A DNA stretch of 64,000 bases from Candidatus Bathyarchaeota archaeon (GCA_963775685.1 CAVZJV010000014.1:2272001-2336000); one strand, 5' to 3'. Counted from the stretch's first letter, positions 10,495 to 20,696 are shown. The notes: generated from the sequence alone by a model not told the origin. Numbers and translations: made by a program.

Positions 10495-10592
10495 CAGATT
10501 TTTCTAACGGTAGCTACACGTCCGTTCGGCATGTCCGTCATTTGCAACTCTATCGTACCGCCTGGGGGGAGAGGTTCAGAAATTCAGCTATT
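10495..10592 (-). pseudogene. 5'-truncated AbrB-like gene remnant, paralog of 11222-11389
   Basis: IAEFLNLSP/GGTIELQM...RVATVRKI* parallels IVEFLNLHPGDTLEWTM...RTAKVRKA*. The flank tttaacatttt?ctgcctaa is shared. Confidence 0.5.
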
Positions 10593-10598
10593 TAATGG

Positions 10599-10619
10599 AC
10601 TGTTTCAGTTTTGTTTCAG
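10599..10619 (+). promoter_or_regulatory. tandem-repeat operator-like site
   Basis: actgtttcagttttgtttcag, identical to the reverse complement of 33366-33386; just upstream of TATA-like TTTATATAA. Confidence 0.65.
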
Positions 10620-10670
10620 GTAATTTATATAAGTAAATATTAGTATATTATAATGTGGTGATGAAAGAAA

Positions 10671-10988
10671 ATGTCAACTGCAAAAATCGCAATTGTCCTC
10701 GCCGCAATAGCCACAATAACACTCGCAATCCTTGGAATCGCAGCAGCATCGCAGATAGCTCAAAATCAAATCTACTCTAGCACACAGGCAGCCCCAAACA
10801 ACGTAGCACCAAACCAAGGTTTCTGGGGATGGTTAGGCAACTGCTTTGGTTTTTGGGCAAATCAAACACCTAACAACCAATACATAGTTCCGCCAGTCTC
10901 CGCAACCAACACTACAGCACCTGCACCTTACCAACCATATCAAGGCGGCTACGGATACGGCTATGGACCCTGCTGGGCAGGCTGGTAA
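10671..10988 (+). CDS. small secreted protein with GFWGWxGNCFG and YGYGPCW motifs
   Basis: Signal peptide; clear paralog at 33015-33314. Confidence 0.8.
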   Translation: MSTAKIAIVLAAIATITLAILGIAAASQIAQNQIYSSTQAAPNNVAPNQGFWGWLGNCFGFWANQTPNNQYIVPPVSATNTTAPAPYQPYQGGYGYGYGPCWAGW

Positions 10989-11221
10989 ACAATAAGTCCT
11001 GCTCAGACAATAGTCCTTTGTTTTCTAAAGTTTTTTTAATAACCCTAAGTTATACGCGGCAATCTCCTTTAACGATATTAGTTAAAGCTCTGTATTCATT
11101 GATTGGTCGTGAGGACTTTTAACCCAATATTTTCCAAAAATTTTTAACGCCCGTGCTTGCAACCCTACCTTTTGCACGGGTTTAACATTTCTGCCTAAGT
11201 GGATTTTTGTTAGAATGTCTT

Positions 11222-11389
11222 TTAGGCTTTTCTGACTTTGGCTGTGCGTTCGTTTCCTTCGGTGTCCATGGTCCATTCGAGGGTGTCGCCTGGGTGTAAA
11301 TTCAAAAATTCAACTATTCCCTCAGGTACTGTAGCTCTCAGCGACTTCGATTTGGGTCGGGCTATCGATGTTTTTGATTGAAGTGGCAT
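11222..11389 (-). CDS. AbrB/SpoVT-family DNA-binding protein (55 aa, not in ORF track)
   Basis: MPLQSKTSIARPKSKSLRATVPEGIVEFLNLHPGDTLEW..., an AbrB-type SLRxTVP...LxxGDxLEW pattern. Confidence 0.75.
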   Translation of the reverse strand: MPLQSKTSIARPKSKSLRATVPEGIVEFLNLHPGDTLEWTMDTEGNERTAKVRKA

Positions 11390-11484
11390 GTGTATTTTAT
11401 GGTTTAGGCGCTATTTATTTATACCTATGTGTTGGCAGAAGAGTTTATATATAGTTTCGCACATTTTACGATATGTGAACCAAA

Positions 11485-11710
11485 ATGGCAACACAAATCT
11501 TGACCCCAAAACAACGGAGCGAAAAGATAGCCTCCGAAGACATCGTTCAAATCAATCCCCGAGTTTTCGTCAAATCCCAAACAAGCCACGCGGCTATTCA
11601 GTGACGTGGGTCGGCAAAGTTGGAGCTGCGACTGCCCAGATCACCGGTATCGCCAGCTGAAGTTCAAACATATCCACGCCGTTGAGTCCCAATTTGCGCA
11701 GGTTCCATCT
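11485..11710 (+). pseudogene. SWIM zinc-finger gene remnant
   Basis: Frameshifted reading includes SCDCPDHRYRQLKFKHIHAVE (SWIM CxC...CKH with Cys to Phe). Confidence 0.5.
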
Positions 11711-11718
11711 AAACCGAC

Positions 11719-11937
11719 ATGGCCATATCCCCTGGGGCTTTGGGAGGCACAGAAATGAACTCTTGCCCCAACAGCGGCGGGGCAGATCCGAAGGCATTGG
11801 GAATAGAGCAGGTCAAATCCATGGGCGACAACTGCGCCGTCCTCGTCACCAAATACAAATGCAAAGAATGTGAATGCGAATTCCGCGAATACATGGTCAC
11901 ACACTGGCATCTCGAAGTCACCCAGCATGACCGATAG
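11719..11937 (+). CDS. small zinc-ribbon protein
   Basis: CPNS...YKCKECECEF. A second Zn-ribbon remnant (CPEC...CQTC) follows at about 11950-12120. Confidence 0.45.
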   Translation: MAISPGALGGTEMNSCPNSGGADPKALGIEQVKSMGDNCAVLVTKYKCKECECEFREYMVTHWHLEVTQHDR

Positions 11938-12198
11938 AGCAGTTGTTTATGGAGGCGCCGGTTGACGTGTCCCGAATGCGGAGCCCTAAATTCCAAGTTT
12001 CTCGGATTCACAGACTTAGGCAGCCTGCGGATTGTCCAATTCAAGTGCCAAACCTGCAAATGCATTTTTTCCGTTAAGACTCAAACAGAAACCAAGGTCT
12101 CGGAGCATGGACGTCGGGCTTAAGGCCCAAACATGCAACCCGCCTAGGGACAATGCATACATAAACAGCTATGTCACAGGCGGGAGGGCTTTAGGTAT

Positions 12199-12348
12199 AT
12201 GACCAATCAACTTGAGATACTTCTGAGCGATCTGACACCCGAGGCGCAAGCCAGAGTAAAGAATTTCCTTAAAATCAAAGATGCCGAAGAAGCAAATCTC
12301 GACGTCTTTCCGCTGTTTGTTCTGCCCAAGCCCGATCAATCATGGTAA
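12199..12348 (+). CDS. small hypothetical protein (49 aa)
   Basis: MTNQLEILLSDLTPEAQARVKNFL...; GGGAGG upstream. Confidence 0.45.
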   Translation: MTNQLEILLSDLTPEAQARVKNFLKIKDAEEANLDVFPLFVLPKPDQSW

Positions 12349-12388
12349 ACACTTTAGACGAGTAAAAAAAGAGGAACGGATGTCCAAG

Positions 12389-12700
12389 CTACTCAATGGT
12401 TATTTTGAATTTGGCAGGCACTATTCCGACTGCTCTGCGAACATATAGGACCTTTCCCGCAAGTTTGGCAGCATCGACTATGGTCAAGAACTGATTACCC
12501 GGGCCACCTGAGCTAGCCAACATCATTCCAACAGCATTCTGGTCAAAATCACCCATGGATCCCGCGGAAAGCATAAGATTTGTACCTGACGTATTATTCT
12601 CAAAAACAATCTTCAAAACTGCGTTCGAAGTAGTTTGCACCGGTATTCCTGAGACAAGGTATTTGCCGTTTGCGCCGACCGTGCCGGTTATTATTAACAT
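12389..12700 (-). CDS. hypothetical beta-rich protein
   Basis: 103-aa ORF with AGGAG upstream. Confidence 0.55.
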   Translation of the reverse strand: MLIITGTVGANGKYLVSGIPVQTTSNAVLKIVFENNTSGTNLMLSAGSMGDFDQNAVGMMLASSGGPGNQFLTIVDAAKLAGKVLYVRRAVGIVPAKFKITIE

Positions 12701-13007
12701 TTCTTTCTGTCTCCTGATACTTATAGAGAAAAACTCTTGCTAATAAAATTCACTGAAAGCGGGCACCAAGGTTTTTCGGGGTGGGGCGCAACTTTTTGAA
12801 AGCCTTCGCCATTTTGTCCCCCATAGAGAGAGAGCGGCCAACGCTTGCCTGAAAAACGCTATTCCTCACAATAAATAAAAAATAAATAATATATTTTGAT
12901 TTGACTCTATCTATCCCCCTCAAACCGTTGAAGGCCTTCAAATCGCCGGAAAATCCGCTCGTGTACTTGGTGTATAAAGTAAACCAGAAAAGGGCGGGGA
13001 TTGTCCG

Positions 13008-13140
13008 TGGCGGGCGGGGAGGGATTTGAACCCTCGACCCCCAACTTAGGAGGCTGGTGCTCTATCCGTGAAGATATCAAAACAAAGCGGGACCCCCCTC
13101 TTTGTAGAGAACTCTCCAATCCGTACTGAGCTACTCGCCC
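13008..13140 (-). tRNA. tRNA-Arg(CCT) with a 55-nt insertion/intron in the D-loop, CCA encoded
   Basis: GGGCGAG acceptor, GCTC/GAGC D-stem, CCAGC-CTCCTAA-GTTGG anticodon arm, GAGGG-TTCAAAT-CCCTC T-arm. Insertion at about 13070-13124. Confidence 0.88.
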
Positions 13141-13625
13141 TCTCCGAGACTGATGAAGCTACAAAGAGTAGACCTAAAAAGGTTTTTGGAGGTAGAGAAA
13201 AAAGAGGCTGAATTAATAGAAAGGCAAAGAACAAGAGGGCGAATTAATTCTATCCCTCAAGAGCTCAAAGTAGGAGTGCCAGTATTGATAGTTTGGGGAA
13301 ATTTCAAGAAAATAGAAACAGAAGTAAGATTCAAAAAAGAGGCTGAAAACGAAAATAATCTTCAATCTACAATTGACCAAAATTCAGCTCAGTCCAAGGA
13401 AAAAACTTAGCGATAACAAGAAAAAGCATTTCTTTTGTAAAGAAGTTGCCAAGAAATGAATTACTCTATGTCTGCACAAGAGTAATCAGAAAGCCGATTT
13501 TGACACCCCAATACTCAAAAACTGCGACGTAACAAGTCGACAAAATGGTAACTTAGTCCAAGCATGTTTATTTGTAATACACAAGTTTTTTATGGTTTAA
13601 CTCCCATCTCGCGTCAGGCGTAAAA

Positions 13626-14231
13626 ATGTTTAGATTTGCACAAGTACCGTCACCATCAAACAAGATGAAAAACAAAGCGAAAGCAAGCCAAATAATACCA
13701 GTTGTGATACTAATCGTGTCAATCGTCGGAGCGTTATATTTTACTGGTTTTTTAAATGACTTCACTGATACCTCTATTTCCGATGGAGGTAAACTTACTC
13801 CAACAAGAGACATAGAAGGAACATGGAAAACAGCAATTTCCACAAAATTTACAATCGCCACAGACTATGAAAACTTTGGTCAGCTCACAAATGCGGGCTC
13901 AGAAGACCGCACAATGACGTGGACCATAACGGGAACAAGCGACGAGCACACCGTAATTGTCGACATACAGTTTACTTATTCAAATAGACAATTAGTTCAA
14001 GGGGCCGGTTATACCCCTGATGTTTCACCAATGCAGCTAACAGGCACAATAAATGGAACACAGTTGACTCTAACTAAAGGAAACGTTGGTCCGATTGAGC
14101 AAATAGGGTTAGTTGGTGTATTTACTTTTACTTCAAATCAGATGGAAGGCACATGGCATGACCATTGGAATGGCGTATACGAACAAAACGTCTATACAAC
14201 AACCAATGCCCTAAAACTAATAAAACAATAA
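13626..14231 (+). CDS. membrane-anchored or secreted hypothetical protein
   Basis: N-terminal TM followed by a Thr/Gly-rich beta domain. Confidence 0.7.
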   Translation: MFRFAQVPSPSNKMKNKAKASQIIPVVILIVSIVGALYFTGFLNDFTDTSISDGGKLTPTRDIEGTWKTAISTKFTIATDYENFGQLTNAGSEDRTMTWTITGTSDEHTVIVDIQFTYSNRQLVQGAGYTPDVSPMQLTGTINGTQLTLTKGNVGPIEQIGLVGVFTFTSNQMEGTWHDHWNGVYEQNVYTTTNALKLIKQ

Positions 14232-14324
14232 TCTGCGAACCACAATTTTGAAAAAAATAATGCCCAATCTGTTAAGCAAAAACACCTCAGGTAAAATCGT
14301 TATCCAAAATCAATTTTCAAGTAA

Positions 14325-14621
14325 TTGGCTTATAACTCATTCGAACCTTTTACAGCGGGCAAGGGTCTAAGTATTCACAAAGCCCGAATGCAAGTTAGTA
14401 ATATGATTTATTATTTAGAGAATAATTTGGGGAATGAAATTACCTCTATGGTAAATTCACCTTATTTTCTTTTGTATGTTCCAGTGATTGTTCTGGAAGG
14501 AAATTTATTTGTTTATGAGAATGACCAATTAAGTAAAGCGGATGGTTTATTCTATCACTTCTCTCATTTCCAAGCGACTTACATAATTGACATAGTTAAA
14601 TCAACAATCTTTGAGAAATAA
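14325..14621 (+). pseudogene. gene fragment
   Basis: YVPVIVLEGNLF looks like the C-terminal part of a larger protein; no good start. Confidence 0.3.
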
Positions 14622-14815
14622 ATAGATAACTTTGAACAAATAATGATTAATCTTAAAATCAAATAAAATATCAACATAACGAAATAGAAATCAATGGTAT
14701 CAGTTGAGTCTCAAAAAGCTTTTTACTAGAAAGCAACGTCACCACTATTACTGAATTATTGAAGTGAGTGAATGTATGAGTAGAATGCAAAAGAGTAAGA
14801 AATTACTAAGCCCTA

Positions 14816-14842
14816 AGGCTGGTGCTCTATCCGTACTGAGCT
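14816..14842 (-). repeat. intron-less fragment of tRNA-Arg D-arm and anticodon stem
   Basis: AGCTCAGTACGGATAGAGCACCAGCCT equals the joined exons of the tRNA at 13008-13140. Confidence 0.8.
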
Positions 14843-15144
14843 TCGAGGAAACGCTCTTTGGCTTTCTTACTTGCCCAAATTCCCGTCCAGCAACCTTGCA
14901 AGTTGGTTGGGTGTTATAACTCTAACGTTCAGGTTAGCGAGCAATTCAGAATATTTTTTCAAATAACGGTCGGCTGTTACAATAACTGTTTGCAAGTCTA
15001 GTTTATGATAGTGCTCAACCTTTTGGTAGTTCTCTTGCCTTTGTTTCTATCTATGTTCTTGATAGCGATTGAGCATTTATGGAGAAAACAACTTCTAAAA
15101 GCTTAACTTTACAGCAACAATAAGAACTCGGATTAAACAGAATT

Positions 15145-15519
15145 TTAAACTATCTTTATGTTTATGTCATCTATCGAACCGAATTTTTGATCACAAGTCA
15201 ACAAAAGCTCGTTGTTGGCAAGTGAAATTCCAGCTATAAGCAAATTGTTCTCGTTGACCATCTTTCCAGCTTTGCCAAGCTTCTCAAAAAGTGCAGCGGC
15301 TTCTCTTGCAGAAGCTCTATCGAAAGGACAAATCGTTACCACTGACAAAAACTTTTCCGCCATTTGCCTTTTTAGTTCGGTTTTATGTTTAAGTAATTCG
15401 TACTCTGTTATGGTTGTTGTTTTGATTTCGTCTTTCGCAGCGAGTTCTTTTATTATGGCAACAACTTTTTCGTCGCCTGCTAAGAAATCGATTATAACAC
15501 TTGTGTCTATGAAGGTCAT
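15145..15519 (-). CDS. vapC: VapC PIN-domain toxin
   Basis: FIDTSVIIDF, ITEYEL, LLIAG, LLTCD motifs. Confidence 0.9.
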   Translation of the reverse strand: MTFIDTSVIIDFLAGDEKVVAIIKELAAKDEIKTTTITEYELLKHKTELKRQMAEKFLSVVTICPFDRASAREAAALFEKLGKAGKMVNENNLLIAGISLANNELLLTCDQKFGSIDDINIKIV

Positions 15520-15523
15520 GGGC

Positions 15524-15760
15524 TCACTTTAGTGGTCTTCCGTAGTTGGCTTCTCTTTCAGCCGTTATTTTCGACTTCAAGTGCTCAAGCTTTTCTTTTT
15601 CGTCTTTAAGAGCTCCTGCAAAGCTCATGATATCTTTTTTTCCTTCCGTCGGACACAGATTTTCTTTTATAACTTGAGAGAAACTCTTTTTGCCCTTCCT
15701 TTCTATCAGAAGTTCATAGACTTCGTTTGAAACTGAAATCTGCCGTGCCATCTTATGCAT
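15524..15760 (-). CDS. vapB: VapB-family antitoxin (DUF217-like)
   Basis: RQISVSNEVYELL...KSFSQVI; directly upstream of the PIN gene. Confidence 0.82.
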   Translation of the reverse strand: MHKMARQISVSNEVYELLIERKGKKSFSQVIKENLCPTEGKKDIMSFAGALKDEKEKLEHLKSKITAEREANYGRPLK

Positions 15761-16395
15761 TCACCTATACATAATATATAGATATCTGTAAATAAACAAA
15801 TAAACTTTCTTGGCTTAAACCTGAAAGTAGCCGAATGCCAAAGACAACAAAAGGCGGTTACTGAAGGACCCTAAATCCAATTAATACGCTTTCCTTAAGG
15901 GCACTATTTACGAGAAGTCTTATAATGAAAATCATTCCTATAATTGAGCAATGGATAGCACAAGCAAAGGTTCTCGCTACTTCTTGTTGTTATCTTGGCA
16001 GTTTCAAGGCTAATTATGGTTAAATTTGCATCTGCTAAGTCAATACCTCTGTGCTGGAATTCACTCTAAAGTTTGTTGACCATCCATATGATGTACCACC
16101 AACCTGTTAAAATAACCCCTACACTGGTAAGAGTATCGAATAATTTCACTGGAATAAGAAGCGATGGGAGCAACACCTAAACCGTCACCAATCTGAAACA
16201 TACACTTTTTCAACTCCAACATCTAAATCTCTAGAATTCCTTATGCTTTTATTCTTGTTCTTGCTTGTAGCTATACCCTTGATAGCGGCTTGTTAGCAAG
16301 CGTTCGTTTTTTGCAAAGTCAAGTAGACAAGGCTTGTTAGTCGAGTTCTACATTCAAAAGTCAAATTTTCAGTTATATTTGACTTTAATTATTTT

Positions 16396-16779
16396 TCACT
16401 TGGGGCAGTGCTGGACGCCTATTGTTGCAGCTTGTTTTAGTAGACGAACAAGTTCAAGCTGTACCTTGATAAAATCGCCTACTTCAACATGGCGGACATT
16501 CTCGTTCTGTTGTGAGGATCCTCTACTCTTCAACATTTCCGAATCGAGACTTGCACCCATAGCAAACTCTAAATCCATATGCTCCTGAAAATGGCTAATC
16601 CACGCAAAGTCTTTCTCGCCCAGTTTATATGTTATCTTACCATGCTTTACCATTTCAACGGTTTCTGGAACGGTGTTTTTGATAAGTAAGCGTAGGTTTT
16701 GGAGAGTTTCTTTTTGGGTTGGATTTAGACTGCCTAAAACTTCGTCGAATGTTAATTGTTTTTCCTGTGCTTTTGGCAT
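16396..16779 (-). CDS. DUF1801/YdhG-like protein
   Basis: LRLLIKNTVPETVE...HMDLEFAMGASL...RHV pattern. Confidence 0.65.
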   Translation of the reverse strand: MPKAQEKQLTFDEVLGSLNPTQKETLQNLRLLIKNTVPETVEMVKHGKITYKLGEKDFAWISHFQEHMDLEFAMGASLDSEMLKSRGSSQQNENVRHVEVGDFIKVQLELVRLLKQAATIGVQHCPK

Positions 16780-17152
16780 AATAGACTTTTGGTATGGGAC
16801 TTTTTATTAGTTATACTTTTACGCTGTCTTGAGATTCTTTTTGCTTTAGGAAGACTATTAGGCTTATTTAAAGCGTTAACGAGGGCAGAATGGGCTATAG
16901 AAAAAATTTGCAAAAAGTTTGAGCCGCCGGGTTGAATCTAAACCCCAAGGCAAACACCGTCAATCCAATAGCTCTTACCAATTTGCCTCCTTGATGTAAT
17001 CTCGGCTGCGCTTTAGCAGTGACTTAGCGACTAATCTGCGTGTTAGCCGTGAAGAATGTTCCTCAACCGGCACACAATAAATTCTTTTCATTGAATAAAT
17101 TGTTATGTTGGCTCAAGTCGAGCCAACTATTCGTTATAAAAGCTTATGAAAT

Positions 17153-18001
17153 TTACTGAGCCGCTTCTTTTTTGTTTCTGCTGAGGTTGGAGAGTTCCTT
17201 TTTTCCCTCCGCAAGCGTAATCGGTATTTGTCCAATCAAACCCTGACTTTTTAAATCGGAAAACAGGTTAACGATGGCAGGGGGCTCTAAACCCGACGAT
17301 TGCAAAAGCGACGCATCCTGCAAAACTTCCCGTGTTGCACCACCGCCCAGCATCAAGCCACGGCTGATGACGATTATTCGATCCGCTAATTCAGGCAGTG
17401 CTTCCACGTCATGTGTGGAAACAATTATGGTTGTGCCTGCCTTATTGAGTTCGTTTAGTGTGTCTATCAAGCCGCGTCGAGAGACAAGATCCAAGTTCGC
17501 TGTGGGCTCATCCAAAATTAACAACTCAGGTTTGAGCACCAATGCGGTGGCTAGTGAAACCTTCTTCTTCTCGCCAAAACTTAGTCTATGCGGTGGTCGG
17601 CTCTTTAGGTGTTGGATGCCCATTTTGTCAAGTACGTGTTCGCTTCGAGCTTTGATGTCTTCTTCGGGGAGCTTGAGGTTTTTGGGTCCATATTCGATGT
17701 CTTCGATAACGCTTTGAGTAAACAATTGGTCGTCGGGATCTTGAAACACCAAACCTATCCGTGAACGGAATTTTTGGAAGTTTTTGGAGGTTGTTTTTTC
17801 CCCGAACACAGTGATTTCGCCTTTTTGAGGTGTCAACAACCCAGCTATCATTAGAATAAGTGTGGATTTTCCCGAGCCGTTAGGTCCAAGGAGGGCTACT
17901 CTTTCACCTTGTTGTATATCAAGTGATACGCCTTTTATGGCGCTTACTCCTGCGGGATAGATGAACCTGACTTCTTTGACCGAAACGATGGGTTCCGCCA
18001 T
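17153..18001 (-). CDS. cbiO: ECF transporter ATPase (CbiO/NikO)
   Basis: GPNGSGKST, FQDPDDQLF, LSFGEKKK, LDEPT. Start taken at MAEPIV (18001). Confidence 0.92.
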   Translation of the reverse strand: MAEPIVSVKEVRFIYPAGVSAIKGVSLDIQQGERVALLGPNGSGKSTLILMIAGLLTPQKGEITVFGEKTTSKNFQKFRSRIGLVFQDPDDQLFTQSVIEDIEYGPKNLKLPEEDIKARSEHVLDKMGIQHLKSRPPHRLSFGEKKKVSLATALVLKPELLILDEPTANLDLVSRRGLIDTLNELNKAGTTIIVSTHDVEALPELADRIIVISRGLMLGGGATREVLQDASLLQSSGLEPPAIVNLFSDLKSQGLIGQIPITLAEGKKELSNLSRNKKEAAQ

Positions 18002-18011
18002 GGCGTTGCCT

Positions 18012-18824
18012 CTATAGAAACGCAAGTAATGCGAACGCAACTATTAACGCTGATGCAAAGAACGCATCCAGGAGTCCAAATGAAGGCATCGATGATTTGC
18101 CACTGCTTTGCACTTCAAATCCCCGAGCTTTCATCGCCAAATACACTCTCTCAGAGCGCTCGTAGGTGCGAATGAACAAGGCGGCAAGTATGTGACCGAG
18201 GTCTTTTAGGGATTGGCGGTTTAAGGTTTTCCTGTTGAAATATGTTCGGGCTTCTTTGGCTATTAGGACGCTTTGAGCTTCATGTATGGATACGAAGAAG
18301 TAACGGTAAGTTAAGGCGAAGAGTTGGACGATTATTGCTGGAACTTTGATGGAGGAGAGAAGTTTTAGCATGCGGTCAAAACCAGTAGAGAGGATCAGCA
18401 GGGTAAGGGAAGCAACGCCGAACCAGACTCTAACTGAGAACACCAAAAAATGTGTTAAGCCCTCGGCAGTTACGGCGAGTGTTGTTATGCCAATATTTGC
18501 GCTCCAAACTGGGTTACCAGCACTTAAGAAAAGAGTGGGTATGGCGATTATAGCGGCGAAAACTGGGAAAAGAGAGGTCCGAGAAAAGAAATGCTTAAGC
18601 GGGATTCGTGATGCTACCGCCAAAGCAAAAGGCACAACACAGATTGCAAGCAAAAACGATAGTTGGAAAATGCATAACGACGCCGCAATCATGAAAACGA
18701 TGGCGACAAGCTTAACCACGGGATTTATAGATTGCAACAGACCTTTTTTGCTGCTTAAGTCTTCAACGTAAACTAACGATTCTGCACCTTCAACTAAATC
18801 TCTTAAGGATTGTGGAACTTTCAT
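18012..18824 (-). CDS. cbiQ: ECF transporter T component (CbiQ/NikQ)
   Basis: TYRYFFV, EAR and RSERVYLAMKARGF motifs. Confidence 0.9.
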   Translation of the reverse strand: MKVPQSLRDLVEGAESLVYVEDLSSKKGLLQSINPVVKLVAIVFMIAASLCIFQLSFLLAICVVPFALAVASRIPLKHFFSRTSLFPVFAAIIAIPTLFLSAGNPVWSANIGITTLAVTAEGLTHFLVFSVRVWFGVASLTLLILSTGFDRMLKLLSSIKVPAIIVQLFALTYRYFFVSIHEAQSVLIAKEARTYFNRKTLNRQSLKDLGHILAALFIRTYERSERVYLAMKARGFEVQSSGKSSMPSFGLLDAFFASALIVAFALLAFL

Positions 18825-18825
18825 T

Positions 18826-19113
18826 TTAACTCTTCCTCTTTTTCAATAATTTAGCTACCCCAAAGGTTACCGCAAAAATTAGTAACGTGCCAGCTATCCC
18901 AATCACTAAGGAACCTAATTGACTATCTAAGCCCAAGAAGCTGTAATCTGGAAAAGGCGGCTGATAGATGGTTTGTTCTTGTGCGCCGAGTTCTTGTGCT
19001 TTCACATCAAGAGTTTCCATAGCGTAAGAGAAACAAAAGACACCTATCACAACGAAAAGTAAAGCAACTGTTAAGCCAATGATGAGGGTTTTTTGGTTCA
19101 GATTTTTTGTCAT
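18826..19113 (-). CDS. PDGLE-type NikN/CbiN accessory membrane protein
   Basis: Two TMs flanking METLD...PPFPDY. Confidence 0.75.
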   Translation of the reverse strand: MTKNLNQKTLIIGLTVALLFVVIGVFCFSYAMETLDVKAQELGAQEQTIYQPPFPDYSFLGLDSQLGSLVIGIAGTLLIFAVTFGVAKLLKKRKS

Positions 19114-19812
19114 TTATTGTGCCTCCGAAGATGCTTTATTTTTGAACATGAAAAGTTTCCCTAAAATGGGGCTCTTCTCTAATACGTCAGGACGCAGTTT
19201 CAGCAGTGTCCCGATGAGGACAACGGTGACTATGCCTTCTGCAACTCCGATAATCGAGTGGTTTAGCGCCATCACTGGTACTGCGATGTTTATGCCAAAC
19301 CACGGAGACAATGAAGATAAACCGACTTCGGTTCCTGCAGCTACAGCAGCAAGTAAATCACCAAAAAAGGCTGAAATGAAGATTATCGTGTAGATGCTGC
19401 CGTTTGTTTTGGGTTTAACCAGTTTGTTCATCGCTATGAATACTATGCATGGGATAAATACGGATAATATACCTATGTTTAATACGTTGGCGCCAAGGGT
19501 GGTGATTCCTCCGTCTCCAAAAAGTAGTGCTTGTAAAACTAGGGTTATGGTCATGGAGATTACTCCTGCAAAGGGTCCAAGTATGAGTCCGATTGATGCT
19601 CCACCCAAAAGATGGGCGGTTGTAGGTCCGACTAAGGGGAAGTTTAGCATCATGGCTGCGAAGAAGAGTGCGGTTAGTAGGCCCATTATGGGGACTTGTT
19701 GTTCGGTGAGTTTGATTTTTTTGAAGGCGATTATCCAGACGATTATGGTTATTATGAATGTTACAATTACTATGTCGAGTGAAAGGTATCCGTCTGGTAT
19801 GTGCAATGTCAT
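19114..19812 (-). CDS. cbiM: ECF transporter S component (CbiM/NikM)
   Basis: N-terminal HIPDGYL, TTAHLLG, QALLFGDGG, ANVLN, H..IGVAEG. Confidence 0.92.
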   Translation of the reverse strand: MTLHIPDGYLSLDIVIVTFIITIIVWIIAFKKIKLTEQQVPIMGLLTALFFAAMMLNFPLVGPTTAHLLGGASIGLILGPFAGVISMTITLVLQALLFGDGGITTLGANVLNIGILSVFIPCIVFIAMNKLVKPKTNGSIYTIIFISAFFGDLLAAVAAGTEVGLSSLSPWFGINIAVPVMALNHSIIGVAEGIVTVVLIGTLLKLRPDVLEKSPILGKLFMFKNKASSEAQ

Positions 19813-19822
19813 TTCGCCTCCA

Positions 19823-19850
19823 GTAACACTTTATTCAAAAAATGTGTTAC
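19823..19850. promoter_or_regulatory. NikR-like palindromic operator
   Basis: GTAACAC-N14-GTGTTAC (28 bp) between the TATA box (19851-19858) and the cbiM start; extra half-sites nearby. Confidence 0.7.
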
Positions 19851-19907
19851 TTATATAAGTGTTACTAACCCAACAAAAAATGTTACCGTCAAACCCAACA
19901 ACCCAAA

Positions 19908-20696
19908 CTAACCAGTTCTACGAAATTTCGCGGCTCGATTAGCAACCAAACCAGCCACGGCACCAGCAGCAACACCGCCATCAATGTTCACAACCGCTAA
20001 CCCCAACGAACAAGACTGAAGCATAGCCATCAATGTACTAACACCTTTCGCGCCAAAACCATAACTATTCGAAGTTGGCACCGCAATCACAGGAACATCA
20101 ACGAGTCCCGAAACCACCGAAGCCAACGCACCTTCACGCCCAGCAACAACCACGACCACGTCAGCATCGTTAGAAGCAACCTGCTTCATGGGTTCAAGTA
20201 ATCGGTGGATACCTGCAACGCCCACATCATAGATAGCAGTAACTGCGCAGCCCATTTCCTGCGCTATAAGCTTGGCTTCCTCAGCAACGGGGATGTCGGA
20301 GGTTCCAGCAGTTAAAATGGCGACTCGTCCACCGCTGGAATTAATTAGGAAAGTGGGTTTTTTTATGATCATCATACGCGCTTTATCATTAACTTCCATA
20401 GATACATCGCTTTGGAACGCTTTCTTAACTGCCGCCAAATGCTCCCTGCTGCATCTACTCACAATCGCTCGCCCACACTTCGCAACCATACACTGCGAGA
20501 TCTCCGCCACATCCCCAGCAGTTTTGCCTTCAGCCAAAATAATCTCAGGCACACCCTTCCGCAACCAACGATTCCTATCCAACTTGGCCAAACAACCCAC
20601 CTCCTCGATAGCGAGCAACTGCAAAAGTTTCTCCGCTTCCGCGGGTGAAACCTCTTTTTTGGCGACTTTGTCCAAAACATCTCTTAGCGATGACAT
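19908..20696 (-). CDS. larB: nickel-pincer cofactor biosynthesis protein LarB
   Basis: GVPEIILAEGK, AGTSDIPVAEEA, DVGVAGIHRL, VPTSNSYG, VVNIDGG. Confidence 0.92.
   Translation of the reverse strand: MSSLRDVLDKVAKKEVSPAEAEKLLQLLAIEEVGCLAKLDRNRWLRKGVPEIILAEGKTAGDVAEISQCMVAKCGRAIVSRCSREHLAAVKKAFQSDVSMEVNDKARMMIIKKPTFLINSSGGRVAILTAGTSDIPVAEEAKLIAQEMGCAVTAIYDVGVAGIHRLLEPMKQVASNDADVVVVVAGREGALASVVSGLVDVPVIAVPTSNSYGFGAKGVSTLMAMLQSCSLGLAVVNIDGGVAAGAVAGLVANRAAKFRRTG

Larger units (their letters stand above)
7189..13028. mobile_element. decayed integrative island at the tRNA-Arg 3' end
   Basis: Bounded by 21-bp tRNA 3'-end repeats. Contains AbrB, SWIM and Zn-ribbon remnants. No integrase seen. Confidence 0.55.

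Noticed and set aside
12907-13234. ORFs overlapping tRNA-Arg
   Set aside because: Spurious translations of the tRNA gene.
14863-14900. Possible degenerate half-copy of the conserved element next to the tRNA fragment
   Set aside because: Similarity (cttgccc...cagcaaccttgca) is too weak to support without a model.
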